34,187 nucleotides of DNA from Oscillospiraceae bacterium (GCA_031271325.1 JAISVY010000075.1:1-34187), one strand, 5' to 3'. Shown: positions 8,447 to 17,770, counted from the first letter of the stretch. Made by a program: numbers and translations. The notes: generated by a model from the letters alone, not told the origin.

Positions 8447-8475
8447 TTGACAGCCTGCCGGCTGGGTGCTATACT
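8447..8475 (+). promoter_or_regulatory. Sigma-A-type promoter for ilvBN
   Basis: TTGACA (8447-8452), 17-nt spacer, TATACT (8470-8475). Confidence 0.6.
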
Positions 8476-8535
8476 GTTGCAAACTTTTATGACGGCTGTA
8501 AAGGGATAAAAAACGGTGCCGGGAGGACGCAGCAG

Positions 8536-10140
8536 ATGACGCTCACAGGCGCGCAAATCATCACCGAGGTTCTGACCGAGCAGGGTGTGGATACCGTCTT
8601 CGCGTATCCCGGCGCGTCGGTGCTCGGGGTCTTTGACGCGCTGGGCGACAAAGCGGACGCGCTGCGGGTGATCCTCCCGGCGCACGAGCAGGGCGGGTGC
8701 CACGCGGCGGACGCGTATGCCCGCGTGAGCGGGAAATGCGGCGTGATGATCGCAACCTCCGGTCCGGGCGCGACGAATCTGGTCACGGGAATCGCGAACG
8801 CCTACATGGATTCCGTCCCGCTGGTCGCGATTACCGGAAACGTCCCGCGTTCGCTGATGGGGCGCGACTCGTTTCAGGAAGTGGACATCTGCGGCGTGAC
8901 GATGCCGGTTACGAAGCACGGCTTTTTGGTGCAGGACATCGACTCTTTGGCGACGACCCTGAGGGAAGCGTTTGTGATCGCCATGTCCGGCAGACCGGGA
9001 CCGGTGCTGGTGGATATTCCTAAGGACATAACCGAAGAGCGAACCGGCTATATCCCGGTCGGACATTACCGGGTGCGGGCAGCCGCGCCGCCGGACGAAG
9101 GCGCGATCCGCGCCGCCTCGGAGCTGATTGCGCGCTCAAAACGCCCGCTGTTGTTCTGCGGCGGCGGCGCGGTGAACGCGTCGGCCGCGCTGCGCTCGTT
9201 CGCGGAGCGGTGTTCGGTGCCGGTGGCGGTATCGCTGATGGGGCTGACGGCGCTGCCTTCAACGCATCCCCTGATGCTCGGGATGATCGGGATGCACGGC
9301 ACTCCCGCGTCACATATCGCGGGTGAACGGTGCGACCTGTTAATATCCGCCGGTTCGCGCTTTTCGGACCGTGTGGCCGGGAACAGGAGGCGTTTCGCGC
9401 CCGGCGCGAAGCTGATCCACATCGACATAGACCCTTCGGAGTTTGACAAAAATGTCGTGAGCGATATTCATATACAGGGCGACGCCGGCGCCGTGCTGAC
9501 GCGTTTGACCGAGCTTGTGCCGCCCAACGCCGCGAGCGGCTGGGCGGACGAACTGGCGGAACTCGCGCGTTCCGCGCCCGAAAAGCCGGACAGCCCCCAA
9601 TACGCCTCTCCTCGCGGCATCCTCCGGGCGGTTTCGGAAGCGGCGGCGGACGCGATCATCGTCACCGACGTAGGACAGCACCAGATGTGGACGGCGCAGC
9701 ATTATCCCTTCAGCATGCCGCGCAGCTTCGTGACGAGCGGGGGGCTGGGCGCGATGGGGTTCGGTATGGGCGCGGCCGTCGGAGCGAAAGCCGCCGCTCC
9801 GCACCGCCCGGTGGTTCTGATCACGGGCGACGGGAGCTTGCATATGGATATGGCGGAGATGGCCGCCGCCGTGACGGAAAACCTGCCGGTAATCGTGGCG
9901 GTGATGAACAACAACGCGCTGGGGATGGCGCGGCAATGGCAGCGGATGTACTTTGACGCCCGCCTCCGCTACACAAGCCCCGCCCGGCAGACCGATTTCG
10001 TTAAGCTCGCCGAAGCGTTCGGAGCGGCCGGTTACCGCGCGCACACCACGGAGGAGTTTTCGCGGGCGTTCCGCGCCGCTCTGGACGCGGGGCGAACCGC
10101 CCTGATCGATTGCCGCATCGACCCCGACGAAAGGGTATAG
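8536..10140 (+). CDS. ilvB: Acetolactate synthase large (catalytic) subunit
   Basis: MTLTGAQIITEVLTEQGVDTVFAYPGASVLGVFDAL, plus the ThDP motif GDGSLHMDMAEMAAAVTENLPVIVAVMNNNALGM. GGGAGGA lies upstream of ATG 8536. The track start 8416 would include the promoter. Confidence 0.92.
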   Translation: MTLTGAQIITEVLTEQGVDTVFAYPGASVLGVFDALGDKADALRVILPAHEQGGCHAADAYARVSGKCGVMIATSGPGATNLVTGIANAYMDSVPLVAITGNVPRSLMGRDSFQEVDICGVTMPVTKHGFLVQDIDSLATTLREAFVIAMSGRPGPVLVDIPKDITEERTGYIPVGHYRVRAAAPPDEGAIRAASELIARSKRPLLFCGGGAVNASAALRSFAERCSVPVAVSLMGLTALPSTHPLMLGMIGMHGTPASHIAGERCDLLISAGSRFSDRVAGNRRRFAPGAKLIHIDIDPSEFDKNVVSDIHIQGDAGAVLTRLTELVPPNAASGWADELAELARSAPEKPDSPQYASPRGILRAVSEAAADAIIVTDVGQHQMWTAQHYPFSMPRSFVTSGGLGAMGFGMGAAVGAKAAAPHRPVVLITGDGSLHMDMAEMAAAVTENLPVIVAVMNNNALGMARQWQRMYFDARLRYTSPARQTDFVKLAEAFGAAGYRAHTTEEFSRAFRAALDAGRTALIDCRIDPDERV

Positions 10141-10153
10141 ACCGGAGGAAAAT

Positions 10154-10645
10154 ATGAAACCGTTTATCATCGCGCTGCTTGTCAACAACCATTTCGGCGT
10201 TCTGACCCGTGTGACGGGGTTGTTCAGCAGGCGCGGCTACAACATCGCCTCTCTGTCCGTCGGCGAGACGGCGGATCCGGCGACCTCGCGCATCACGATC
10301 GAAACACGCGCCGATGAGCCGTCCGTCCGGCAGATCGTGCGCCAGCTGGAAAAGCTGGAAGACGTAAAGACCGTGTCGCTGCTGCCCGGCGCGGAGACGG
10401 TGGCGCGGGAACTGCTGCTGATCAAGCTGGTGGTTCCGCCCGCGCGGCACTCGGCGCTCTTTGAGGCGCTCGAAGGATTCGACTGCCGCGTGCCGTACGA
10501 TGTGGAAGGGCGGCTGATTCTGGAGTTTTCGGGGTCGCCCGCGCGCTGCCGCGAACTTCTCGCAGCCGTGTCGGACTACACCGTCCTGGAATTGTGCCGC
10601 ACCGGCACCACCGCGGTTTCGACGCTCGGGGAGCTGACCTTATAG
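10154..10645 (+). CDS. ilvN: Acetolactate synthase small (regulatory) subunit
   Basis: ACT-domain N-terminus LLVNNHFGVLTRVTGLFSRRGYNIASLSVGET. Lies directly after ilvB, with a GGAGG RBS. Confidence 0.92.
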   Translation: MKPFIIALLVNNHFGVLTRVTGLFSRRGYNIASLSVGETADPATSRITIETRADEPSVRQIVRQLEKLEDVKTVSLLPGAETVARELLLIKLVVPPARHSALFEALEGFDCRVPYDVEGRLILEFSGSPARCRELLAAVSDYTVLELCRTGTTAVSTLGELTL

Positions 10646-10647
10646 AA

Positions 10648-10693
10648 ACGGCCGTCTCCGGGCGGGGGTCATTCCCCCGCCCGGCCGTGTTTT
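10648..10693 (+). terminator. Rho-independent terminator after ilvN
   Basis: An 11-bp GC stem, CCGGGCGGGGG-tcatt-CCCCCGCCCGG (10658-10684), extended by ACGG/CCGT and followed by GTTTT. Confidence 0.7.
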
Positions 10694-10754
10694 ACGTATT
10701 TCCGCTTCCCGAATCCGCATATACTTAACCACCGGCGGATTGGGGGAGTTTTGC

Positions 10755-12380
10755 TTGCAGGAAGTCATTGTGAAATACAACGGAGACATTTCCGTGTTGG
10801 GCTATCCGACCGAAATCCTGAGTGAGACATACGCCATTCTGAATGTCCCGGAAAGGGATATAGCCTCGCTGAACGGGTTCGCGGAAGTGGAATACTTTGA
10901 GCTGCCAAAACGCCTCTCGCTCTCGCAATTCATGGATGAAACCTGCGTTTCCGCCGTTCAGAGCGCGCGGGGGGTTCACCTCGGCGGCGACGGCGTGCTT
11001 GTCGCCGTGCTCGACTCCGGTATAGACTACCGCCTTGAGGATTTCAGGAACGCGGACGGCACTTCGCGTATTCTGGCCATATGGGACCAAACGCAGTCCG
11101 GGCTGCCGCCGCCGGGGTTTTTATACGGCACGGAGTATACAAACGCGCAGATCAACGAAGCGCTGAAGAGCCCCGACCCGCTTTCCGCTGTGCCGCATCA
11201 GGATTTCGTCGGTCACGGAACGGCTGTCGCGGGAATCGCCGCCGGCAACGGCCGCGCTTCGGGCGGCGCGGACACGGGCGTCGCGCCCGGCGCGTCGATC
11301 GCCGCCGTCAAGCTGGGCGAACGGGATAACGCGCGGTTCGCCCGCGCCACCGAGATTATGCGCGGGATAAAATACGTCTACGATTTGGCGCGCGCGCGGA
11401 ATATGCCGCTCGCGGTCAACATCAGCTACGGCACTAACGACGGTTCCCACGACGGGAAGTCGCTGTTCGAGACATACATCGACGACATGGCGGAAAAGTG
11501 GAAAAGCGTGATCGTCGTTCCGACCGGCAACGAAGGCGACGCGGGGCATCACTGTCAATACACCCTCAGTCAGGGGGAAACCGCGGACATCATCTTCACG
11601 GTCGGCGCGAGCCTTAGCGATCTGACCGTGAACCTGTGGAAGAACTTTGCCGATATTTTTAACTTCGAGATCATCGCGCCCAACGGCACGACGACCGGTA
11701 CGATGCGGTATATCGGGCTGCCTCCGGTCATCCACCTCGACGGCGCGCTTCTGCGCATCGGCTATAAACAGCCGAACCATTACAACCAGGACAACGCCGT
11801 GGTGCTGCGCCTGGAACCGGACAAAAACAGGGGCGAAATCCCGAAGGGTTTGTGGACGCTCCGCTTGGGCGGGGAGTATATTGTCGAGGGGAAACTGGAC
11901 GTATGGCTTCCCACCGCCGAAGAGGTATCCGCGGGGACCGTTTTTTTAGCGCCGTCGGCGGCTACGACGCTCACGCTGCCGTCCTGTGCGGATAAGGTTA
12001 TTTCGGTCGGCGGGTACGACGCGGAGGTCGGTACGTTCGCGCCGTTTTCGGGAAGAGGGCTGACCCGGGATTTACGGGTGAAGCCCGATATAACCGCGCC
12101 CGCTGTGAATGTGCGGAGCTGCCGCCCCGGCGGCGGTTACGGCCGGTTTACCGGAACCAGCGTGGCGGCGCCGTTCGTCACGGGCAGCGCGGCGCTGATG
12201 ATGCAGTGGGGTATTGTGATGGGCAACGATCCGTTTCTGTACGGTCAGCGTATAAAAGCGTTTTTGCGAAAAGGCGCGAAGCGGGACAAAAAAACAGCGT
12301 ACCCCGATGAAAAGTGGGGGTACGGAACGCTCTGCCTGAAAGCCGCAATGGACTTTTTGACCGACTATGTATTCAAATAG
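10755..12380 (+). CDS. Csp-type germination-specific subtilisin-like serine protease (S8 family), paralog 1
   Basis: (M)QEVIVKYNGDISVLGYPTEILSETYAIL resembles the CspB N-terminus. The triad and oxyanion motifs are intact: VLDSGIDY, GHGTAVAG, TGNEGD, GTSVAAP. TTG 10755 lies 6 nt after GGGGAG; the track start TTG 10740 is also possible. Confidence 0.8.
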   Translation: MQEVIVKYNGDISVLGYPTEILSETYAILNVPERDIASLNGFAEVEYFELPKRLSLSQFMDETCVSAVQSARGVHLGGDGVLVAVLDSGIDYRLEDFRNADGTSRILAIWDQTQSGLPPPGFLYGTEYTNAQINEALKSPDPLSAVPHQDFVGHGTAVAGIAAGNGRASGGADTGVAPGASIAAVKLGERDNARFARATEIMRGIKYVYDLARARNMPLAVNISYGTNDGSHDGKSLFETYIDDMAEKWKSVIVVPTGNEGDAGHHCQYTLSQGETADIIFTVGASLSDLTVNLWKNFADIFNFEIIAPNGTTTGTMRYIGLPPVIHLDGALLRIGYKQPNHYNQDNAVVLRLEPDKNRGEIPKGLWTLRLGGEYIVEGKLDVWLPTAEEVSAGTVFLAPSAATTLTLPSCADKVISVGGYDAEVGTFAPFSGRGLTRDLRVKPDITAPAVNVRSCRPGGGYGRFTGTSVAAPFVTGSAALMMQWGIVMGNDPFLYGQRIKAFLRKGAKRDKKTAYPDEKWGYGTLCLKAAMDFLTDYVFK

Positions 12381-12391
12381 GAGGCTGACCA

Positions 12392-14047
12392 ATGGTTTCG
12401 CTGATCGTACGGGATGATTCTACCGTTCAGAACCTTGTCCGTGAACGGCCGTCCGTTCGCGAGGGGAAGCTGCTTTCGGGCAGTTACCGGATCCTGAGCG
12501 TGCCGGACGACGAAGTGCTGCCGGTGATGCAGCAGTTGGGCAATACAAAGATAGACGCGTATTCGATCGTGGTGGGCTTGCTGGGGAAGGAAGCCCTTGA
12601 CGCGGCCGGGATTACCCCCGTTCAGCAGCAGCCGTTTTTGGATTTGAAAGGGCGCGGCGTCCTTTTGGGGTTTGTGGATACCGGAATCGACTATACCCAA
12701 GACGCATTCCGCTATGAGAACAACACCAGCAAGATTCAATATATCTGGGACCAGACGGCCGAGGGGGACAGTCCCGCCGAGTACGGGTTCGGCGCGGAAT
12801 ACGCCAACAGCGAGATCAACCGGGCGCTGCGTTCTCCGAATCCGTTTGAGATTGTGCCGCATAGGGACACGGTGGGGCATGGGACGTTTTTAGCGTCCGT
12901 CGCGGGCAGCAGGAAGGCTGGGGAGGGCGCCGCCCCCGAAGCCGAGATCGTCGCGGTGAAACTGCGCAAGGCAAGCCCGTTTTACCTGAATACCTTTTCG
13001 GTTCCCCCCGGGCAAGAAAACGTTTTTGATTCGGCGGATGTCATACAGGGGATAGAGTATATTTTAGACAGGGCGTTTGAGCTTGGCCGCCCCGTCGCGG
13101 TGTGCGTATCCGTCGGCACAAACCTCGGAGGGCACGACGGGTTTACCGTATTTGAGGAGTACCTTTCCCGCGTATCGCACCGCACAGGTGTAACCCTATG
13201 CGCCGCCGCGGGCAACGAGGCGGATACCGAGCATCATACCTCGGGCGTGATCAAAAAAGAGGGGGAAGTAGAGGAAATCGAAATCAATGTCGGGCAGAAC
13301 GCGGGCGACGTGTATATGCATATCGTAAACAACGCGGCAAACCGCCTTTCGGTGGCGGTATCGTCTCCGACCGGGGAGATGGTAGGCCGTGTCCCCGCGA
13401 AAAACGGTTCGGTCACCACCGAACGGCTGATTTTTGAGAAATCCAGTATAGAAATATTCTACTTTTTCCCGATTGAAGGCAGCGGCGCTCAACTCACGGT
13501 GATCAAGATTCTCGACGCCACTCCGGGTATCTGGACAATTCTGGCACACGGGGACATCATCATCGACGGCAAATATCACGCATGGCTCCCGCTCACCGGG
13601 TTGGGCAACCCCGGCGCGCAGTTTTTGGCGCCGATCCCCGAAAGCACCGTCGTCGTACCCGCCAGCGCCGTGGGCGTGATCACCTGCGGCGCGTTCAGCA
13701 GCTTGGACAAGAGCTTATACCCCGATTCCAGCTGGGGGCCGACGCGTCTTCCCTCGCCTGCGCCGGATTTGGCGGCTCCGGGTTCGCAGGTGAGCGGAAC
13801 CTTCCCTACAGGGACCGGCGAAATGTCGGGCACCAGCGTAGCCGCCGCGATCACGACAGGCGCGTGCGCGCTGCTGCTGCAATGGGGGATTGTCGACCGA
13901 AACGAAATCTATGTGGATACATATCTTGCCCGCGCGTATCTGATCCGCGGCTGCGACCGCGACCCCGCGCTGAATTACCCCAACAGCCAATGGGGTTACG
14001 GGCGCTTGAACCTGCAAAACACATTCAACCTGCTCCGCCGGACATGA
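12392..14047 (+). CDS. Csp-type germination-specific subtilisin-like serine protease (S8 family), paralog 2
   Basis: Same architecture and length as paralog 1. Motifs FVDTGIDY, GHGTFLAS, AGNEAD and GTSVAAA are present, so Asp/His/Ser are retained. AGGAGG lies 6 nt upstream. Confidence 0.8.
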   Translation: MVSLIVRDDSTVQNLVRERPSVREGKLLSGSYRILSVPDDEVLPVMQQLGNTKIDAYSIVVGLLGKEALDAAGITPVQQQPFLDLKGRGVLLGFVDTGIDYTQDAFRYENNTSKIQYIWDQTAEGDSPAEYGFGAEYANSEINRALRSPNPFEIVPHRDTVGHGTFLASVAGSRKAGEGAAPEAEIVAVKLRKASPFYLNTFSVPPGQENVFDSADVIQGIEYILDRAFELGRPVAVCVSVGTNLGGHDGFTVFEEYLSRVSHRTGVTLCAAAGNEADTEHHTSGVIKKEGEVEEIEINVGQNAGDVYMHIVNNAANRLSVAVSSPTGEMVGRVPAKNGSVTTERLIFEKSSIEIFYFFPIEGSGAQLTVIKILDATPGIWTILAHGDIIIDGKYHAWLPLTGLGNPGAQFLAPIPESTVVVPASAVGVITCGAFSSLDKSLYPDSSWGPTRLPSPAPDLAAPGSQVSGTFPTGTGEMSGTSVAAAITTGACALLLQWGIVDRNEIYVDTYLARAYLIRGCDRDPALNYPNSQWGYGRLNLQNTFNLLRRT

Positions 14048-14060
14048 GGTTTTTCGAGTG

Positions 14061-14115
14061 ACACAGCTCGCGCCTGCGGCGCTTCTGGTCGAAAAGAAGT
14101 TGTTCGGCAGCTCCT
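14061..14115 (+). repeat. Second intergenic repeat family, copy A (~55 nt)
   Basis: ACACAGCTCGCGCCTGCGGCGCTTCTGGTCGAAAAGAAGTTGTTCGGCAGCTCCT aligns with 17836-17889 at about 46 of 55 positions with one 1-nt gap. Confidence 0.6.
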
Positions 14116-14125
14116 AAATATATTA

Positions 14126-14157
14126 GGGGGCACCGTTTTTCGGTGCCCCCTTGTTTG
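14126..14157. terminator. Bidirectional Rho-independent terminator between the convergent csp paralog 2 and membrane-protein genes
   Basis: GGGGGCACCG-ttttt-CGGTGCCCCC is a 10-bp stem. It is followed by TTGTTTG on the plus strand and by TAATATATTTA on the minus strand. Confidence 0.75.
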
Positions 14158-14166
14158 AACGGGTTC

Positions 14167-15483
14167 TTAACCCCCGGTTGCCTCTGTTTCGGACAAATCC
14201 ACCGTAAACCGGATTTCGTTGCTCTTTCGTTCCTGCCCGCCCACGGTCACCGTGCCGCCGGTGTAGACGACATCGCGCAGGATGTCCGCCGGGGGCCAAT
14301 AGTCGCTGTTGACAATCAGGTTTACCCGGCTCACGCCGCCGGGTACCCAGACGAAGAAATTCACGGCGGCGCTTTTCCCCGCTTGCAGACGCGACGGCAG
14401 CGGCATATCAACGCCCACATACCCCGGCGGCGTTCTGGACGCTTCCAGCGGAACCGTCCCGCCGTCATCGGTTATTCCGGTAAACGACACGTTGGTCGGG
14501 CTGTCTTTGAAAGGGGTTCCGGCGCGCAGGCGTATATCCGAACCGTTGCCGTTGCGGATGTCCATCAAAACCTGATAGCAGACGCCGCGGGCGTCGCTTC
14601 CCGCCTGCGCGGCGCTGTTCAGCGTAAAATCGCAGCCGTCAAGCGTGACCGTGTCGCCGATGCCGAACCGCCCGGTCAGGAAAGACAGCGCAGTGGCAGG
14701 ATATGGGGTATACGGGTGTTTCGCGTTGTACCCTCGGATGCTCAAAACCGTCATCAGCGAAGCGAGGAAAAAGAGCAGCGCGCAGACGCACATCGGGCGG
14801 AGCAAGCCGCGTTCGCGCCGAAGCCCCGGCAGGTCGCGCAGGTCGGCGTAATCGTCCCCGCGCATGGCGGGATGGATAAAAACGCCGCTCCGCTTCTCGA
14901 TCTCCCGCACAATCTGTTCCGCCTGATCGTAAAACATCGTGATTTCCAGCGTCGTGTCGCCCGGCGCGTACGCCGAGATTAAACGCAGTGTTTTTGTCGC
15001 GCGGTCATAGTCCAGCCCGACAATCCGGCTGTAGAGAAACTCACGCCGCACGGTGGGGGAGTATTTTCCGCGGAACACCATTCTACGCCGCATTTCCAAG
15101 ATCACGCGGTCGGCTCCCAGCGTCAGGGTGGGGCTGTGATACTTATGCAATTTGGACGCAAGCCCGAAAGCCTGCCGGATGTACAGCGCCGCGAGCACCG
15201 GCACAGCCAGCAAAAGCGAAAGGAAAAACCATGTGCGCAGCACCAGCGTGGCGTTGCGGAACCCCGCGCCCCAAACCAACAAACTGAGCGCCGCGAGGGC
15301 GCAGAACAATCCCATCCCGATTTTGCACAGCCGGTCGGGCAGCGCGTTTGCCGGGTTGCGCTCCCGCGCCAGCCGCAGGAAGCGGCTCACGCGGTCGGGC
15401 GTGGGAGCGAAGCGCACGCCGTCGTGCGCCGGAAGCTCAATCTCCCGCGTGATCTGCCTTGTGCGCCGGAACCCAAAATCCAT
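14167..15483 (-). CDS. Hypothetical membrane protein (three predicted TM helices, cytoplasmic PH-like middle region, C-terminal beta-rich extracellular domain)
   Basis: 438-aa ORF. Hydrophobic segments are IGMGLFCALAALSLLVWGAGF, TWFFLSLLLAVPVLAALYI and PMCVCALLFFLASLMTVLSI. I recognise no catalytic motif. The domain assignments are impressions only. Confidence 0.6.
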   Translation of the reverse strand: MDFGFRRTRQITREIELPAHDGVRFAPTPDRVSRFLRLARERNPANALPDRLCKIGMGLFCALAALSLLVWGAGFRNATLVLRTWFFLSLLLAVPVLAALYIRQAFGLASKLHKYHSPTLTLGADRVILEMRRRMVFRGKYSPTVRREFLYSRIVGLDYDRATKTLRLISAYAPGDTTLEITMFYDQAEQIVREIEKRSGVFIHPAMRGDDYADLRDLPGLRRERGLLRPMCVCALLFFLASLMTVLSIRGYNAKHPYTPYPATALSFLTGRFGIGDTVTLDGCDFTLNSAAQAGSDARGVCYQVLMDIRNGNGSDIRLRAGTPFKDSPTNVSFTGITDDGGTVPLEASRTPPGYVGVDMPLPSRLQAGKSAAVNFFVWVPGGVSRVNLIVNSDYWPPADILRDVVYTGGTVTVGGQERKSNEIRFTVDLSETEATGG

Positions 15484-15556
15484 TTCTTCACCACGGTTTC
15501 AACCGAATCCGGTTATTATGGTAACCCCCAAAGAACCCGTACCTGCTTGTCTGTGC

Positions 15557-15619
15557 GAAGTGTTGAAAATTGCGTGTTCGCCGGAAAGGCGAACGGGCGC
15601 AACGCTTGCAAACATGCCC
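15557..15619 (+). repeat. Dispersed structured element, copy 2 (internally deleted, 63 nt)
   Basis: GAAGTGTTGAAAATTGCGTGTTCGCCGGAAAGGCGAACGGGCGCAACGCTTGCAAACATGCCCC. It keeps the 5' arm, the P2 hairpin and the last ~9 nt, but lacks P3, P4 and the 3' arm. Confidence 0.75.
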
Positions 15620-15675
15620 CTATGGCAGGGCAAAGCTTTTTCGGGCGGCTGTATCGACATTATGCCACGATATAG

Positions 15676-15704
15676 AGTATATAACCGTTTATTTGGGAAG
15701 TCAA
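15676..15704 (-). promoter_or_regulatory. Sigma-A-type promoter for the membrane-protein gene
   Basis: The minus strand reads TTGACT (15704-15699), 17-nt spacer, TATACT (15681-15676). Confidence 0.5.
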
Positions 15705-15757
15705 CCCATTTTCGGCAAATTCCCCACAAATTTTATGTTAACCGGCAAACCCCGCGC

Positions 15758-15796
15758 ATGAAAAACGCACCGAGGCGCGATACCCCGGTGCGTTTG
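15758..15796 (-). terminator. Rho-independent terminator downstream of the PEP carboxykinase gene
   Basis: The minus strand reads ACGCACCG-gggtatcgcgcct-CGGTGCGT followed by TTTTTC. Confidence 0.6.
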
Positions 15797-15860
15797 GCAT
15801 CATTAGGCTCTGCAGGCGCGATCGTCCCGACCGCCCGCGAGGCAAGGGAAACGTGACACT

Positions 15861-15934
15861 GCGGCACAGCCGCCTGTTCGCAGCAACCCGCTCCGCTCGT
15901 TTGCCTGCCGGCAAACATGAGAATTTAGCGCTTC
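15861..15934 (-). repeat. Dispersed structured element, copy 4 (decayed, 5' two-thirds only)
   Basis: The sense strand is GAAGCGCTAAATTCTCATGTTTGCCGGCAGGCAAACGAGCGGAGCGGGTTGCTGCGAACAGGCGGCTGTGCCGC. It shares AACGAGCGGAGCG and GCGAACAGGC with copy 1. The P2 and P4 stems are kept through compensatory changes. It abuts the pck stop codon. Confidence 0.6.
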
Positions 15935-17728
15935 TTAATTGCCCGTCAGTCTCTGTTCCAGCGCCGCAAGCTGTTCGGACAGCACCTTCGGCAGTTTTTC
16001 GCCGTACTTCGCGTAATGCTCTTTAATCGACTGCACTTCGGCGAGCCAGGATTCTTTATCCACCTTCAGAAGTTCCGCCATGTCGGATTCACTCACGTTC
16101 AGCCCCGCGACATCAATGTCGCCAAGCGCCGGCATGTTGCCGATCGGGGTCTTGACCGCGTCCGCAGCGCCGGAGACGCGCTCCACGATCCATTTGAGCA
16201 CACGGCTGTTTTCGCCGTATCCCGGCCACAGCCATTTGCCGTCCGCGTTTTTGCGGAACCAGTTGACATAGTATATGCGCGGCAGTTTCGTCTCGTCCGA
16301 CTTCTCGCCGATGTCCAGCCAATGCTGCAAATAGTCGCACACATGGTAGCCCATGAAGGGGAGCATCGCGTACGGGTCGCGGCGTACCTGCCCGATCTTG
16401 TCGGAAATGGCGGCGGCGGTGATCTCCGAGCCCATGATCGAGCCGAGGAACACGCCGTGCTTCCAGTCAAAGCTCTCGTTGACCAGCGGGATGGTGTTGG
16501 GGCGGCGCCCGCCGATCAGAATCGCCGAGATGGGCACACCGGCCGGGTCTTCCCATTCGGGCGCGATCACCGGGCATTGGCTCGCGGGCGCTGTGAAGCG
16601 CGCGTTGGGATGCGCCGCTTTTTTATCCGAATCCGGCGTCCAGTCGTTGCCCTGCCAGTCGATCAGATGCGCGGGCGGCTCGGTTCCGATGCCTTCCCAC
16701 CACACATCGCCGTCGTCGGTCAGACCGACGTTGGTAAAGATGGTGTTGGTGGCAATCGAGCGCATGGCATTGGGGTTGGAATCCATCGAGGTGCCGGGCG
16801 CGACGCCGAAGAAGCCCGCTTCGGGGTTGATGGCGTACAGCCGCCCGTCCGCGCCGAACTTCATCCAGGCAATGTCGTCTCCGATTGTCTCGACCTTCCA
16901 GCCGGGGATGGTGGGGACGAGCATCGCGAGGTTGGTTTTGCCGCAGGCGCTGGGGAAAGCGCCGCAGACGTAATGGGATTTCCCTTCGGGGTTTGTGAGT
17001 TTCAGGATGAGCATATGTTCGGCCATCCAGCCTTCGTCGCGGGCCTGCACCGAAGCGATGCGCAGCGCGAAGCACTTCTTTCCGAGCAGCGCGTTCCCGC
17101 CGTAGCCGGAACCGTATGACCAGATCATCCGCTCTTCGGGGAAATGGCTGATATATTTCTGCTCAATCGGGGCGCATGGCCACGCCACGTCTTCCTGTCC
17201 CGGTTCCAGCGGCGCGCCGACCGAATGCAGGCAACGCACGAACTCCCCGTCGCCGAGGGTTTCAAGTACTTTTGTGCCGATCCGGGTCATGATGCGCATG
17301 TTGACCACGACATACGGGCTGTCGGTAATCTCCACGCCGATTTTGGAAATCGGCGAACCGATCGGACCCATTGAATAGGGGATGATATACATCGTCCGCC
17401 CCTTCATCGAGCCGTCGAAAAGCCCGGTCATCGTGGCTTTCAGCTCGTCCGGGTCAATCCAGTTGTTGGTAGGGCCCGCGTCTTCCTGCTTCTTAGACGC
17501 GATGAAGGTTCTGTCCTCCACCCGCGCGACGTCGGACGGGTGGCTCCTGAACAGGTAGCAGCCGGGGCGCTTTTTCAGCGGGGTAGCCATCCCCGAATCG
17601 ACCATCTCCCGGATCAGCCGGTCGTATTCCTGCTGGGTGCCGTCGCATAAATAGACGCTGTCGGGTTTGCAAAGACCGGCGATTTCTTTTATCCACGCGT
17701 TTAAGGCTTTGTTTGCGGTAGAAACCAT
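15935..17728 (-). CDS. pckG: Phosphoenolpyruvate carboxykinase (GTP)
   Basis: 597 aa. Contains [28 protein letters not shown] and [12 protein letters not shown] (the kinase-1a loop of GTP-PEPCK). Confidence 0.93.
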   Translation of the reverse strand: MVSTANKALNAWIKEIAGLCKPDSVYLCDGTQQEYDRLIREMVDSGMATPLKKRPGCYLFRSHPSDVARVEDRTFIASKKQEDAGPTNNWIDPDELKATMTGLFDGSMKGRTMYIIPYSMGPIGSPISKIGVEITDSPYVVVNMRIMTRIGTKVLETLGDGEFVRCLHSVGAPLEPGQEDVAWPCAPIEQKYISHFPEERMIWSYGSGYGGNALLGKKCFALRIASVQARDEGWMAEHMLILKLTNPEGKSHYVCGAFPSACGKTNLAMLVPTIPGWKVETIGDDIAWMKFGADGRLYAINPEAGFFGVAPGTSMDSNPNAMRSIATNTIFTNVGLTDDGDVWWEGIGTEPPAHLIDWQGNDWTPDSDKKAAHPNARFTAPASQCPVIAPEWEDPAGVPISAILIGGRRPNTIPLVNESFDWKHGVFLGSIMGSEITAAAISDKIGQVRRDPYAMLPFMGYHVCDYLQHWLDIGEKSDETKLPRIYYVNWFRKNADGKWLWPGYGENSRVLKWIVERVSGAADAVKTPIGNMPALGDIDVAGLNVSESDMAELLKVDKESWLAEVQSIKEHYAKYGEKLPKVLSEQLAALEQRLTGN

Positions 17729-17770
17729 TTGGCGTAACCCCTTTCTTCGGCAAATATGCCGCTATCGGAT

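Noticed and set aside
8350-8535. T-box or riboswitch leader upstream of ilvB, and likewise upstream of metG at 28027-28065.
   Set aside because: The predicted ilvB leader is only about 60 nt and the metG spacer is 39 nt. Both are too short for a T-box, and no specifier or terminator architecture is visible.
8416-8535. Track start 8416 for ilvB.
   Set aside because: That start would translate through the TTGACA-17-TATACT promoter. The conserved ALS N-terminus begins at ATG 8536, which has its own RBS.
15557-15934. Invertible promoter (inverton) bounded by the two inverted element copies.
   Set aside because: The two copies are diverged and truncated differently, with no long perfect inverted repeat. 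No recombinase gene is nearby. The bracketed promoter already points at its gene.
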